A DNA stretch of 64,000 nt from an uncultured Verrucomicrobiae bacterium (GCA_963706955.1 CAVPOC010000011.1:19033-83032), one strand, 5' to 3'; numbered from the stretch's first letter, positions 10,281 to 21,254 are shown. The notes: a model not told the origin generated them from the sequence alone. Numbers and translations are program-made.

Positions 10281-10937
10281 CTAAATATGCTTGGAACGTT
10301 CGTAGAGGTCCCTCACCTGCCAGTCCGGCGTCTGATCGAAAACCTTGTACCACTGTCCGACAGCATAAAAAGGCTCCGGCGTCGCGACAGTGACGACCTC
10401 GTCGGCTTCCGATCGCAAGATTTCGCAGGTAGACGGAGGCGCCACTGGAACCGCTACAATAATCCGATCGGGATGTTGTCGTCGAAGGGCAGCTACCGCA
10501 GCGCGCATCGTCGAACCTGTGGCAACCCCATCGTCGATGAGGACGATCGTCTTGTCACCCACTTCCGGGAACGGGACATTGCCACGGTAGAGACGTTCAC
10601 GACGTTCCAGTTCAACTCGCTCTTTCTCGGCCACCGCCTCGATGATGCTTTCAGTGATGCCGAATGAATTGACAACTTCCTCGTTGAGCACCCGCACATT
10701 GCCACTGGCGAGCGCGCCCATCGCCAACTCCTCGTTGGTCGGGAGTCCAAGTTTCCGAACGACAAAAATGTCCAGCGGAACATCCAATGCTTCGGCCACT
10801 TCGAAGGCTACCGGAACCCCTCCCCTGGGCAGAGCCAAAATCAAGACGTCGTCGCGATGAGCATAGGCGCCCAGCAGCTTCGCGAGTGCCTGTCCCGCTT
10901 CAATCCGATCATGAAAAAGTCTGCTCATCACTTTCAT
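10281..10937 (-). CDS. Phosphoribosyltransferase-domain protein
   Basis: FHDRIEAGQ, LPRGGVPVA, PRPP-binding LIDDGVATGST; start uncertain (10937 or 10928). Confidence 0.9.
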   Translation of the reverse strand: MKVMSRLFHDRIEAGQALAKLLGAYAHRDDVLILALPRGGVPVAFEVAEALDVPLDIFVVRKLGLPTNEELAMGALASGNVRVLNEEVVNSFGITESIIEAVAEKERVELERRERLYRGNVPFPEVGDKTIVLIDDGVATGSTMRAAVAALRRQHPDRIIVAVPVAPPSTCEILRSEADEVVTVATPEPFYAVGQWYKVFDQTPDWQVRDLYERSKHI

Positions 10938-11143
10938 CGACTGCAGTGGTCTGAGGGCGCACGTGCGAGCCCTTCTCTTCAAACTGATCGTGTGAAGACC
11001 TTCATCTGGATTTCCTAACCTGCTCCCCGAACGAACTCACCGCTCCAACTCGCTCTCGTCACCAAGGTATCGCCTTCAGCACGTTCCTTTTAAACGCTGG
11101 CTTTTTCTGACGACTATGCCTAGAGTAGCGCAGCTCCTTAACC

Positions 11144-11767
11144 TTGGATCATCTATTTTTGTTGCGGATCACGCTTGCCGTGGGCCTGCTGGGCGCGTTT
11201 CAACCCCGGTTGAACGCCGCAACCTTCGATTCCTCGCTCACGGTTGTGGTCAGCGTCGCCGAGCAGCGACTCGCGTTGGTCGAAGATGGCGTCATCATTA
11301 GGAAGTTCCCCATCTCAACTTCCAAATTTGGTCTCGGAGACGGACCCAACAGCTACAAAACGCCGCTTGGGCGGCTCCGTGTCTGTGTGAAGCTGGGCGA
11401 CGACCTTCCCGTAGGAGCCGTCTTCAAGCGAAGAAACTTTAGCGGCGAAGTCATCCCAAGGAACGCTCGTGGTCGCGATCCCATTGTCACCCGCATCCTC
11501 TGGTTGGAAGGCATCGAACCGAGCAACAAGAACGCTCGAACACGCTGCATCTACATTCACGGCACCCCGCAGGAGCGGATGATCGGAACAGCCAGCAGTT
11601 TTGGATGTGTGCGAATGCGATCTGCTGACGTTATCGAAGTCTTCGATGCCGTTCCCATTGGAACGACCGTAACTATCATCCCGGGCAAGCTTCCCCGCGC
11701 TCGAAATTCGGCGCCGTTTAAATTCCTGGTCTTCGGGCACGCCAGCCACGTTCAAGAAAGGTCTTGA
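11144..11767 (+). CDS. L,D-transpeptidase (YkuD domain)
   Basis: Signal peptide; ISTSKFGLG, TPLG, IYIHGT...SFGCVRM catalytic His/Cys. Confidence 0.9.
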   Translation: MDHLFLLRITLAVGLLGAFQPRLNAATFDSSLTVVVSVAEQRLALVEDGVIIRKFPISTSKFGLGDGPNSYKTPLGRLRVCVKLGDDLPVGAVFKRRNFSGEVIPRNARGRDPIVTRILWLEGIEPSNKNARTRCIYIHGTPQERMIGTASSFGCVRMRSADVIEVFDAVPIGTTVTIIPGKLPRARNSAPFKFLVFGHASHVQERS

Positions 11768-11814
11768 CCACTTAGGTCAGGATATTTGGCACAACCGGAC
11801 CGGCCCTGAGGAGG

Positions 11815-12294
11815 TTATTCTTCGCCGTCGTAATATTGCAATGGCTCGCTTCGAATCAGCCGTCGCTCCGGTGATCGCACGGCCCACTTCTGACTGTCCG
11901 GATAAAAAGTAGACTCCCCAATCGGGTTGTCAGCCACGACGCAGATGACCAAATCGCTCTCGCTGTCGTTGATCAATTGATGCGGCTCGCCGGGTTTGAA
12001 GAGGAACGCGTCGCCGGCTTCGATCAGGGTCTTGCCTTCTGCATGACGCACTTGGCCGCGACCTGAAATCACCTGGTAGAATTCCCATTGGGCACTATGA
12101 GAATGATAAGGATACGGCACCTGGCCGGCAGAGATTCGCAAGATCTCCACATCGAACGGGTGGCGTTCGCTTAGATCCAGAGACTGCGGATTTCGCCCCA
12201 ACGCCTCAGAAATGCCCCGGCTGGAGCCCGTAAACTTTCCTTTAGGCGAAGACCATGTCTCTTCCGCCAACTCGTTTATGTTTACCTTGCGCAC
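11815..12294 (-). CDS. Cupin-domain protein
   Basis: YPYHSHSAQWEFYQVISG...PGEPHQL cupin metal motifs. Confidence 0.85.
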   Translation of the reverse strand: MRKVNINELAEETWSSPKGKFTGSSRGISEALGRNPQSLDLSERHPFDVEILRISAGQVPYPYHSHSAQWEFYQVISGRGQVRHAEGKTLIEAGDAFLFKPGEPHQLINDSESDLVICVVADNPIGESTFYPDSQKWAVRSPERRLIRSEPLQYYDGEE

Positions 12295-12405
12295 AATTCA
12301 GATCTTTGCGCCGACAACCTGATTCCGCAACCGGGAGCTGAGCAAGCGAAAAATAGTTTCAAGGGATCGAAACGGATCCTGGTCGTGAATGGCGGCGAAG
12401 ACCAG

Positions 12406-13704
12406 TTATTCTTCGCCGACGGCAACGAGTCGCTCGCGCGTCGCCCAGAGTCCGGCCGACGGTGTGCCGATGAAAAAGATCTCCTCGCCGTCCGGCAAGA
12501 TATTGACACCTTCGTGCATCCGTTCAGGCGAGTAGCGATTCAGAACCTGATCAAGATCTGCAAACTGATAGAGAACGCCTTCAATTTCTGACCTCGTGAG
12601 TCCGCCTGGAGCGTAGGTGATCGTGAATCGTCCCTCCGCCGATCCGTGGATAAGATGTGCTGCGCCATGGGCAAGGTCCTGCAAATCGGGGCTTTTGCGA
12701 TAAAGCTGCATCACGCGCTCGGTTCCACAGTAACCATGCCTTCGGATGAGAGCGTCCACTTCAGCCTGCTCACCAAAGCGTTCAACACCCGGCGCAATCA
12801 CCAGGAGTTCGCCTCCATCAGCCATGGCCATGCGAGTGCGGTAAATGGCTTTGTTCGCGACCCAAGTCGTCCGAAATTCTTCTCTCTGCATCACGGCCAC
12901 CACCTTCTTCAGCGGATGTGCCAAAGCGGTGATATTTTGCGACCGACTTCTCCGGGCAGCCATCAGATATGTTTCGAGATCATCGCCCACATACAGTCCC
13001 GAGTGGACGAGTCGACCCTCCTCGTCACGACCCATGACCACTTGCAGGAAAACGTCGGGCAATCGATCCAGAAAGTGCTCCTCGGCCCAATTAAAGCACG
13101 CGCGCAAGGGAGTGATCAATTTACCCAGATTGTTCTCGATCCCGCAGACAGCTGCCGCCATGTGGGAGGCACAGATAGACTCTTTGCCGCCAAGGCCGAT
13201 GATGTAGTTCTTATTGTGATTGGCAAAACCAAGAACCTCGTGCGGCACGACGTGACCGATGTTGATGATCAGGTCCCACTGCTCGTTCATCAGAGTTGTG
13301 TTCAAGTCTATGGGGATCGCCCAGTCTGCTTTCCCACTTGTGATTTCGGCAACCTTCTCGGCAGGTATCGTCCCGACGCGCGTCACCCCGCGGCGCCAAT
13401 CGTGAGCGTGAATACGCTCCTCGGGAATACTCCCAAACATCCAGCGATTCTCTGCCTCGGTATGAGGCGCGTGTTGACCCAACGTGGGGATCACGTGAAC
13501 GTCACAAGACCGCGGCAGGAGTCGGTAGAGAGTTTCCGCAATCCATCCGGAACCGCTATGAGCGCGGGTCAGATCAGGGGGAAGCAGCAGGACTCGCCTG
13601 AAATCGCAGCCCAGGCGCACCCGCGCCTCCTCCAACAACCGGGCGCACAGCGACTCGACCTCCGTCCGGGAAATCTGCTCGGCTTCGCGATGGAACCAAG
13701 GCAT
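12406..13704 (-). CDS. Lactate-racemase (LarA/DUF2088) domain protein; probable sugar-acid epimerase
   Basis: LLLPPDLTR, PTLGQH, GHVVPHEVLGFANHNKN. Confidence 0.75.
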   Translation of the reverse strand: MPWFHREAEQISRTEVESLCARLLEEARVRLGCDFRRVLLLPPDLTRAHSGSGWIAETLYRLLPRSCDVHVIPTLGQHAPHTEAENRWMFGSIPEERIHAHDWRRGVTRVGTIPAEKVAEITSGKADWAIPIDLNTTLMNEQWDLIINIGHVVPHEVLGFANHNKNYIIGLGGKESICASHMAAAVCGIENNLGKLITPLRACFNWAEEHFLDRLPDVFLQVVMGRDEEGRLVHSGLYVGDDLETYLMAARRSRSQNITALAHPLKKVVAVMQREEFRTTWVANKAIYRTRMAMADGGELLVIAPGVERFGEQAEVDALIRRHGYCGTERVMQLYRKSPDLQDLAHGAAHLIHGSAEGRFTITYAPGGLTRSEIEGVLYQFADLDQVLNRYSPERMHEGVNILPDGEEIFFIGTPSAGLWATRERLVAVGEE

Positions 13705-13801
13705 GGTTAAGAACGGAGCCTGCTCACCCGCTGAGTTCGCTTAGGCTCGAGGTGGCTAATGCTTAGTCGTCTTCAGAGCGGTTGCTCGAATGAACGAGGT
13801 T

Positions 13802-14104
13802 TCACGCTTCAGCAGTGTTCTTGTAGGTCTCCGTGCCAACCAGCACACCATACGGCGCGATGCTCTTCTGGATTCGCTCGATATTTTGATCGAAGTCGTA
13901 GCCACCATCCGTAACCAGAGTCACCGTCACGATCCAGGCGTACTGGCGGAGGTCAGACTTCATGGCCAGTAGCGTGTGCGTAAAGCCGCTGGTGATGCGT
14001 GTAGGCTGTAAAATGGGGAAAACATTCTTCGTTAAGTGCCCAACAAAAAGCTGCTCGTCCACGTCCGAGAGCAGGGCAATTCGATAAATCCCGGTCATTT
14101 TCAT
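13802..14104 (-). CDS. Hypothetical protein (100 aa)
   Basis: ATG start, protein-like composition, fills the intergenic gap; no motif recognised. Confidence 0.6.
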   Translation of the reverse strand: MKMTGIYRIALLSDVDEQLFVGHLTKNVFPILQPTRITSGFTHTLLAMKSDLRQYAWIVTVTLVTDGGYDFDQNIERIQKSIAPYGVLVGTETYKNTAEA

Positions 14105-14319
14105 AGTGAGGGGTTCTTAAATATGAAATTTCAGTGTAGTTTTAGCTGCCGCAAGCGTCCTGGCCGCTTCGCGAAGGCATAATCTCCCGTTGAGCAAAGC
14201 CAAGCATGATCTTTCGTGAGCATTTCCAATTCACATTTTCTGTCCTGGTTCGGCGACCGCCCGCGGCACCTTGGACCGATCTGGCTCGGGCACGATGCCT
14301 CGCCTCTTCGGCACAGAGA

Positions 14320-14560
14320 AAAGCGGCGCCTTAGCCAAGCTTTCGCGCGTTCGGCGCAGCAAATCCATTACATTCCGCTCGGCAAACTGAGCGGTTCCAA
14401 GCAAGCGATTGCAGTGCAGATGCAGGTAACTTCCGAATAAAATTTCCGGCGGTTGACCAAGTTCGGCGCGTTCGGCCATGGCGCGTATTCTTCGTGAAAG
14501 CGCTCGATTGCGGCGCGGGGCTTTGCGAGCACACGCCTCAATTGCAGTGCGCTTCCGTCA
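14320..14560 (-). pseudogene. Remnant of a LanB/thiopeptide dehydratase C-terminal elimination domain
   Basis: GSYLHLHCNRLLG...ERNVMDLLRRTRESL resembles the S-x-x-H-M/L-H-x-N-R-L motif; frameshift near 14480; no intact N-terminus. Confidence 0.55.
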
Positions 14561-14811
14561 GATGGCGGCCCTCGACGCAGGCATATTTCCCAGCGAACCT
14601 CATTTCGCCCAGTTCTCAGATGCGGACGTCAACTAAGGCCCTCGGCATGTATGTACCTCGCCATTGGCGCCTACCTCCCATAGCCTGCGCGGCAACGTTT
14701 CGGCTTTAATGCTCACATGTCTCCCTAGGAGATTGCACCGCCCAGCACTGCCACGCGGGTTGGTCGCAGATCGTCGGTGAGCGAGGGCGACGAGGTAGGG
14801 ATTGCTGCTCC

Positions 14812-15300
14812 TTATACTTGCGCCTGCTGCCGGAAGAGGTCAGCGACCTTATTGCAGATTTCCTGCAGTTCAGCAGAAGAGAACTTGATCATCCCGAGCC
14901 GCGCAGCAGCGTGCTCCGCGTAGGCGCGATTCGGATTGGCCTGATTCCAAGTGACACAGAATTGATAGGCCGCCAGAGCGTCAATCGTCACCAGATAGGG
15001 ACCGTCTTGACCAACCTTGAGAAGAAGCCGATTCAAAATCAGATCGCGGTCCAGATCGACGTTCGCCACGACTGAGGGATGCCACTCCCGCGCATTAGTA
15101 AGCGAATAGTGCGTGTCAAATCGCAGAGTCACGGGACCGCCAGCTGGCACCGTGATCTGATAGTTTCCTTGCTCGTCCGTGTATTCGCGCTGCACCTCGC
15201 TGGCCGGATCGCTCTCGCGATACACCGTGACTCGAATCATGTTGATCGGTTTCCCGTCATATCCCTTAACCTGTCCGTTTATCGAAATATTTTCAGGCAT
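14812..15300 (-). CDS. Hypothetical protein with N-terminal carboxypeptidase-regulatory-like beta-sandwich
   Basis: ISINGQVKGYDGKPI...YTDEQGNYQITVP pattern; probable start MPEN at 15300. Confidence 0.6.
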   Translation of the reverse strand: MPENISINGQVKGYDGKPINMIRVTVYRESDPASEVQREYTDEQGNYQITVPAGGPVTLRFDTHYSLTNAREWHPSVVANVDLDRDLILNRLLLKVGQDGPYLVTIDALAAYQFCVTWNQANPNRAYAEHAAARLGMIKFSSAELQEICNKVADLFRQQAQV

Positions 15301-15369
15301 AACTTTGTCATTATAAGCTCTTCTAGCTCTCTCTGGCCAATATTCTCCGGTAAACCGAAGCAACTGCGT

Positions 15370-15614
15370 CGGGGGGCGTCGAATTCCCCGCTCGCTCCGA
15401 GTCGCTCTCGACCCTCCGCAGTCATCCGGACAATGGTTGGAGGTCGTTCCCGTCGGACCTCTCCTACTGTGTAAAGCGCAAATTGATCCTGACTCTTAAT
15501 GACGCGGACCTGCTGGCCCAATGCGCATCCGATGCTCTCTAATTGACCAGCGTCCACCGAGCAGTGTTCTCGCCGATTTGCTCTGTTTGTTACTTGGGCG
15601 CTAAAAGTCGCCAT
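15370..15614 (-). pseudogene. Truncated N-terminus resembling poly-gamma-glutamate hydrolase (YjqB/DUF867) family proteins
   Basis: REHCSVD..QL..IG.ALGQQVRV...FALYTV.E...IVRM...RERLG; the catalytic APHGG part is absent. Confidence 0.45.
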
Positions 15615-15722
15615 GAGCTGATCGTCTTGCCTAGATTATTCCCCGACACGCGCGGCTGCAGAAAGCATGCGTTCTCCGCGGCATGCAGGATTAGCTGGCT
15701 ATCAAGTGCGGCTGGCACACTG

Positions 15723-16721
15723 TCATATCAAGAGCGAACAGACCTCCTCAGAGTCGAGAAACTTTTGCACCTCGAGGAGCATCACGTTGCATTCGGGTCT
15801 GATCTCCACCTCTCGTCGATTGATTGGTCCCCAATGCGTTCGAAACAAGCGTGAACCTAGTGCGGCGAATTCGGCAGCGAAGGCCGGGCACTCCTTCGAG
15901 AGTCGTTGAAATTCCCTGCCCTTGCCAGAGCCGAAGTTCTGCAGATCAGCTGCTCGGCAACGGACTCCCTCCTTGAAGAGTTCGAGGAAGCCGGATGGCT
16001 TCGACAAATATTGCTCGAAGAGTTGGCCTAAGAGAGGATTGGCACGCGTCGCATCGAAGCTGGTCTGGAACATGCCGGCCTCCGCCGACTCCGCACTCGT
16101 ATTGCCCGCCGCCCTGTCGCGACCCTCGCAATATTTTCCCGAGCTCTCTCGCATCCCCAGTCCGATGAGAAGCACAAAGAGATGGCGCAGTGTCGACGGT
16201 CCAGCACTTTCATTGTCCATCCCCGCCTGTCGAAACTCTTGAGCATACCAGGCCACGGCATCCTTTCGCCGATTGCCGGTATTAGCCTTAGACATTTCCA
16301 AAGCGGCCGCATCCCCTTGCCTCAGTCGGCAGTATACCCTGGCAAATACCATAGCCATTCCTTTAATGTAGCCGCGCGGCGCGACACCTCGATTTTTCCA
16401 GCGATAAGTTGCAATCGCTGAGGTGGAAGCAATCTGGAGAATTTCGTCGAGAGGGCTTCCGGGTGCTTCCGCCAAGTGAGGAACCAGATACCGCCGAGCC
16501 GACCACCCTACCAGCTCGCCATTGCGAATGTGTTGCCAAACTCCGTCCGGAGATAGGTCCCCTCCCTGGACAATGTCCTCCTTTTGCAGCTGCCCGATGA
16601 TGCGGCCACCAAGGGAGGGCGTTCTCCGCACATTTACCGCTTCAGCAACAACCTTGAGTCGATCTTGTGATGAGGTGGAATCTTCGGATGGCGTCACAGC
16701 ATTCGGCTTCACGCGGGGCAA
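15723..16721 (-). CDS. SH3b-domain protein with a C-terminal putative lysozyme-like domain
   Basis: VNVRRTPSLGGRIIGQL..W..GWSARRYL (SH3b); MRESSG and AGMFQ motifs. Confidence 0.65.
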   Translation of the reverse strand: MPRVKPNAVTPSEDSTSSQDRLKVVAEAVNVRRTPSLGGRIIGQLQKEDIVQGGDLSPDGVWQHIRNGELVGWSARRYLVPHLAEAPGSPLDEILQIASTSAIATYRWKNRGVAPRGYIKGMAMVFARVYCRLRQGDAAALEMSKANTGNRRKDAVAWYAQEFRQAGMDNESAGPSTLRHLFVLLIGLGMRESSGKYCEGRDRAAGNTSAESAEAGMFQTSFDATRANPLLGQLFEQYLSKPSGFLELFKEGVRCRAADLQNFGSGKGREFQRLSKECPAFAAEFAALGSRLFRTHWGPINRREVEIRPECNVMLLEVQKFLDSEEVCSLLI

Positions 16722-17261
16722 CGCCCGTCGCCGCCGCAGTCCTTACGATTGTGCCCGTTTGCGCCACCGACGCAAGCCCATCAATTTTGAAGTGCCCTTT
16801 AAAGCCGGCGCCCCGCCTCCGCTCATTAACTATGCTGACAGTCTCATACCGTCCTGGCTGCTGACACCTAAACAGGACCAGTGTCCATCAGCAACCTACC
16901 TCGCGAAGCTAGCTTAATTCGATCGGAACCTGAACTCGAACGCAGGACCTCGATCATTAACCGATTCATAGGAAGCGTCTTTGTGAAGGTGATACGTCCG
17001 CCGCGATTCTGGTTCATTCGATGAGCGCAGGGGGTTACTTATGTCATCGTGGGACTAAGCATGCCCGATGCGGCCAGTCGGGCCTGTTATGGATTCAAGC
17101 GTGCTGCCGGCTGCGGAGCATCGCTCGGTGCGGACCACGATGTCACGTCTCAACGATGTCCCCTGTTGTGACCGCCTGCGCCCCCGATATTTTTGCGCTA
17201 GTCCTTTTCACACCTGGTAATTCTGCAAGGTCCGGATTAGGGCCGTAAGCGATACAAAGAC

Positions 17262-18431
17262 ATGAGGACAATATCGACAGCTCAAAATTTCACCAGCGAG
17301 GTGACTAGTCGCGCCGGCAGGGCTCATTGCGCTCACGATCGAGAAGTGCCGGAAGTCGACCTCTTTACTCCGATAACAATCCGAGGTGTCACCTTCCGGA
17401 ACCGAATTGCCATGTCGCCGATGTGCATGTATTCGGCGAATGACGGCTACGCCAATGACTTTCACCTCGTACACCTTGGCAGTCGTGCCATCGGCGGAGT
17501 CGGCCTGGTCGTCGTCGAGGCGACTTCCATTACCGCTGATGGGCGTATTACGCCAAAAGACGTCGGCATCTGGACGGACGATCACATGGAACCATTGGCC
17601 CGCATCGCGCGGTTCCTAGAGGCACATGGAGCCGTTGCCGGCATTCAACTCGCGCACGCCGGGCGCAAGGCCAGCAGTGCAGTTCCCTGGGAGGGCGGCG
17701 CGAGTTTGAAGACCGCCGCCGAAGGCGGGTGGCCGATTGTTGGCCCAAGCCCAATTCCCTTCAGCAACGAAGATCCTATTCCCATGGAGTTGGACGAACG
17801 CGGTATCGAACATTACATCGAGGCTTGGGGGGCGGCCGCTCGGCGTGCTTTGGCAGCGGGCTTCAAAGTCATCGAAATCCATGCCGCCCACGGCTACTTG
17901 CTTCACGAGTTCCTCTCTCCACTCAGCAACCGACGCACCGATCAATACGGCGGCAACCTGGAGAATCGCATGCGGTTCTTGCTCCGCGTCGCCGAGAAAC
18001 TTCGTCCCATCGTCCCTGAACACTTGCCGTTGTTTGTCCGAATTTCGGCAACTGACTGGGTCGACGGAGGCTGGGACATCGAACAATCTGTAGCCCTTTG
18101 CCAGGCGCTACGAGAGCGCGGCGTTGACCTGATTGACGTCTCCTCGGGAGGAACAGTGCCGGACGCGAAGATTCCGGTGGCCAGAGGGTATCAAGTGCCC
18201 TTCTCCCAACGCATCCGTGAAGAAGCGGGTATCCGAACGGGGGCAGTCGGGATGATTAGCGATGCTCAATTCGCCGATGGGATTATCACGAGCGGTCAAG
18301 CCAATATGATCTTCCTTGCGCGGGAGCTTCTCCGCGAGCCTTACTGGGCGATCAAGGCACAACATGCGCTCGAGGAAGAGCCCGTTTGGCCAATTCAGTA
18401 CGGGTATGCCGTGAAGCGTCGCACCAGGTAA
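17262..18431 (+). CDS. NADH:flavin oxidoreductase, Old Yellow Enzyme (YqjM/NamA type)
   Basis: RNRIAMSPMCMYSA, IQLAHAGRKAS, EIHAAHGYLLHEFLSPLSNRRTDQYGG. Confidence 0.95.
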   Translation: MRTISTAQNFTSEVTSRAGRAHCAHDREVPEVDLFTPITIRGVTFRNRIAMSPMCMYSANDGYANDFHLVHLGSRAIGGVGLVVVEATSITADGRITPKDVGIWTDDHMEPLARIARFLEAHGAVAGIQLAHAGRKASSAVPWEGGASLKTAAEGGWPIVGPSPIPFSNEDPIPMELDERGIEHYIEAWGAAARRALAAGFKVIEIHAAHGYLLHEFLSPLSNRRTDQYGGNLENRMRFLLRVAEKLRPIVPEHLPLFVRISATDWVDGGWDIEQSVALCQALRERGVDLIDVSSGGTVPDAKIPVARGYQVPFSQRIREEAGIRTGAVGMISDAQFADGIITSGQANMIFLARELLREPYWAIKAQHALEEEPVWPIQYGYAVKRRTR

Positions 18432-18464
18432 AGTTTACTCGCCGAGTATAAGAAACTATATGCA

Positions 18465-19281
18465 TCACTCAGCGGTAGAGAACGCCTCCGCAAATCTTTG
18501 CCGATCGAACCTCTGCGAACTGATATTATATCGTGCGTAGCTGTCGCTTTCCTTAGGTTGCCCGCGTGCCTGCGTGATGCTGTATGGTCTCTCGCCTCTT
18601 ATGTTGCCAGCTGGGGCGTAGTTGCAAACCCAGACGACATACGTCCGTCCATCATCGGTCGTGCGCACTGCTCGCCCGGCTCCGAGCCGTTGCGCATTGC
18701 TCCAAACCAACTGTGTGTAGTGCAGGCATTCCTTACCGGGTGCGCAGGTGTTGTCGTCGTAATCATACCACTGCTCCTCCTCGGCCCAGCTTTCTACCAC
18801 GGTCTTCGGCGGATAGGTCGGGTGCGCCCTCCGACCAGGCCAGATACCAGTTCTCGCCGAGGTTTAGCTGCCGCAACTCTTCGCGTTTCCGATGTCCGCC
18901 TGTCGGTGGATTCCTCTTGATTAGAGAGTCGGCCCACTGTTGCGCGACTGCGGCCACGGTCGAGTCCCAGATGAGATCGGGGATGCTGACGATCCCACCG
19001 AGACGCTGGGATTCCGCCCGCGCGATGCGCCGGCGGACGGCGTTATGCGCGGCGAGTATTTCAGCAATCTCCGAGTCGCTGAGCGGCGAAGCAGACAGAT
19101 CGCCGATGCAAAGCGCTGCCAACAGTGCGCCAACCAAGAAAAAATGAAGTCGGCGAGAGACTTCTTTTCGCTCACCGGTGGGACCAGGTGCTGACGCGAC
19201 CTTGTGGGGTGTCACGAGCAGACGCGCAAAGTGAATGCTGCAGACTGCGCGAAAATCACGAACGTCCGGAATTGGCATCAT
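18465..19281 (-). CDS. Secreted CAP/SCP (PR-1-like) protein, split by one frameshift near 18805
   Basis: LAAHNAVR, LIWD..A..AQQWA, LGENW in one frame; VESWAEE, CLHYTQLVW, VWVCNYAPAGN in the next; true start probably near 19160-19175. Confidence 0.85.
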
Positions 19282-19461
19282 CTTTAATCCTCGAAGGCAA
19301 GGAATTTGAACGACTGATCATCTGGAAAAACTGCTAGGTCCGTTGTATCGCAAGGCGCGCTTTCCGACTACTCATTCGCAGACCCCGGGGAGGTAGGGAC
19401 TGAGAGAAGCCTTTCGACATTTCACTGACGACCTCTGCGCATTTTTGAGTATCCTTCCCGT

Positions 19462-20416
19462 GTGGGCATCCCTGTCAGTGGACTTCATCACGTCACCGCC
19501 ATTGCGAGCGACCCGCAACGCAACCTGGACTTCTATGTCGACGTGCTTGGGCTGCGGTTAGTCAAACGCACGATCAACTTCGACGATCCTCGCACCTACC
19601 ATTTTTACTTCGGCGATGGCCGTGGCTCCCCCGGAACAATCCTGACGTTTTTCCCATGGCGGAATGCTCGGCGCGGGGGACGCGGCACTGGGCAAATTGA
19701 TGCAACGGCATTTACCACGTCCGCCGGAGTCATTCGGCTATTGGCTGGAGCGCTTCAAGCAAAATCACGTAAGCGCTGAGCGTGCGCCAAAGCGTTTCGG
19801 ACAGGACATCATTCGCTTTGCCGATCCTGACGGCTTGATGCTTGAACTGATTGCGTCGGAGCCGGCGAGCGAAGTTGAAGCGTGGCCGGAGAGCAGCGTG
19901 CCAGCGGAACATTCACTGCGCGGCTTTCATAGTGTCTCGGCCACACTGGAAGGCTACGAGCGCAGCGCGAAGCTCCTCGTTGAAGTATTTGGCTACGAGC
20001 TCGCGCAAGAAGAGGCAAATCGCTTCCGCTTCTCTGCGCGGAACACAACGGGACCGGGCAGAATGATCGACCTGCTCTGCATGCCGGACACGCAGCACGC
20101 CCGCGGTGGCGCAGGAACCGTGCATCATATCGCGTTCCGCACGCCAGACGATGCGAGTCAGCGCGCCTGCCGGGAACAACTGGTCGAACTCGGCTTCAAC
20201 GTCAGCCCGGTGATGGATCGCACTTACTTTCACTCGATCTACTTCCGCGAGCCAGGAGGCATTCTCTTTGAGATCGCAACCGATCCACCCGGCTTCACAG
20301 CAGACGAGACGGTCGAGGAACTCGGCAACAAGCTCCGTCTTCCGCCGTGGATGGAAGAGGTGCGCGCGCAGATCGAGGAAGTCCTGCCGCCGATCGCCCT
20401 CCCAGCCAAGCGATGA
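19462..20416 (+). CDS. Ring-cleaving dioxygenase (VOC family, MhqO/PcpA-like), frameshift near 19720
   Basis: GLHHVTAIA, KRTINFDDPRTYHFYFGD, GTVHHIAFR, DRTYFHSIYFREPGGILFEIATD. Confidence 0.92.
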
Positions 20417-20570
20417 GCGAACAAAAAACCTGGACTTTGCCTTCGAGCCACTCACTGCTTCTGCAGAACGACGATCTTGGTCGCCCCGACTTTGGATAGT
20501 TTCTGGCATCGCGACGGATGCCAACCTCAACACGAACCACAACCATAACCAATCCCAACGAAAACACGCG

Positions 20571-21188
20571 ATGAAAGTCCTTGTCGTTTATCACACTGTC
20601 TACGGCCACGTCTTGCAGCTTGCGAGAGCTGTCGAGGAGGGCGTGAAATCTGTCTCCGGCGTCGAAGCGGTCTTCCGGCGCGCTCCGGAATTCCCTCATA
20701 CCGAGAAGGAACTCGAAGCCGGCGATGGCCACGCCTCGAAGATCTGGCAGGCTCAAAAGAATACTCCGCCATGCACGCTGGATGACCTGCGCGAAGCGGA
20801 TGGCCTCTTGCTCGGCTCGCCTACTCGCTACGGCAACATGACCGCACAAATGAAAGCGCTCATTGATTCGACGGTCAGCCTCTGGCTCTCGGGGGCGATG
20901 GAAGGCAAACCTGCTGGCGTTTTCACCTCAACGGCCTCCACCCACGGCGGACAAGAAACAACCTGCGTCACTATGATGATCCCCCTCCTTCATTTGGGAA
21001 TGCTCATTGTCGGCGTCCCCTATTCCACGGAAGGCATGATCCACACCGAAGCGCGCGGAGGCACGCCCTACGGCGCAACCACAATCTCCGGACCGAAAGG
21101 CGAGCTGGCACCGGCTCCTGAAGATCTCGCCATCTGCCGAGCTCAAGGCAAGCGGGTCGCAGAACTGACGAAGAAGATTCGCAGCTGA
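20571..21188 (+). CDS. wrbA: NAD(P)H:quinone oxidoreductase, WrbA type
   Basis: VYHTVYGH, GSPTRYGNM, STASTHGGQETT, GGTPYGA. Confidence 0.93.
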   Translation: MKVLVVYHTVYGHVLQLARAVEEGVKSVSGVEAVFRRAPEFPHTEKELEAGDGHASKIWQAQKNTPPCTLDDLREADGLLLGSPTRYGNMTAQMKALIDSTVSLWLSGAMEGKPAGVFTSTASTHGGQETTCVTMMIPLLHLGMLIVGVPYSTEGMIHTEARGGTPYGATTISGPKGELAPAPEDLAICRAQGKRVAELTKKIRS

Positions 21189-21254
21189 TTGATTCTCTTA
21201 CCGCAACTAAGCGCGGAGGCGCGCCGTTAAAGGGTAAGCGTGTTAGACGCGGAT

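Noticed and set aside
20413..20500. ATG overlapping the dioxygenase stop as the start of an MhqD-like esterase remnant
   Set aside because: Only a positional argument; no LLHG motif follows.
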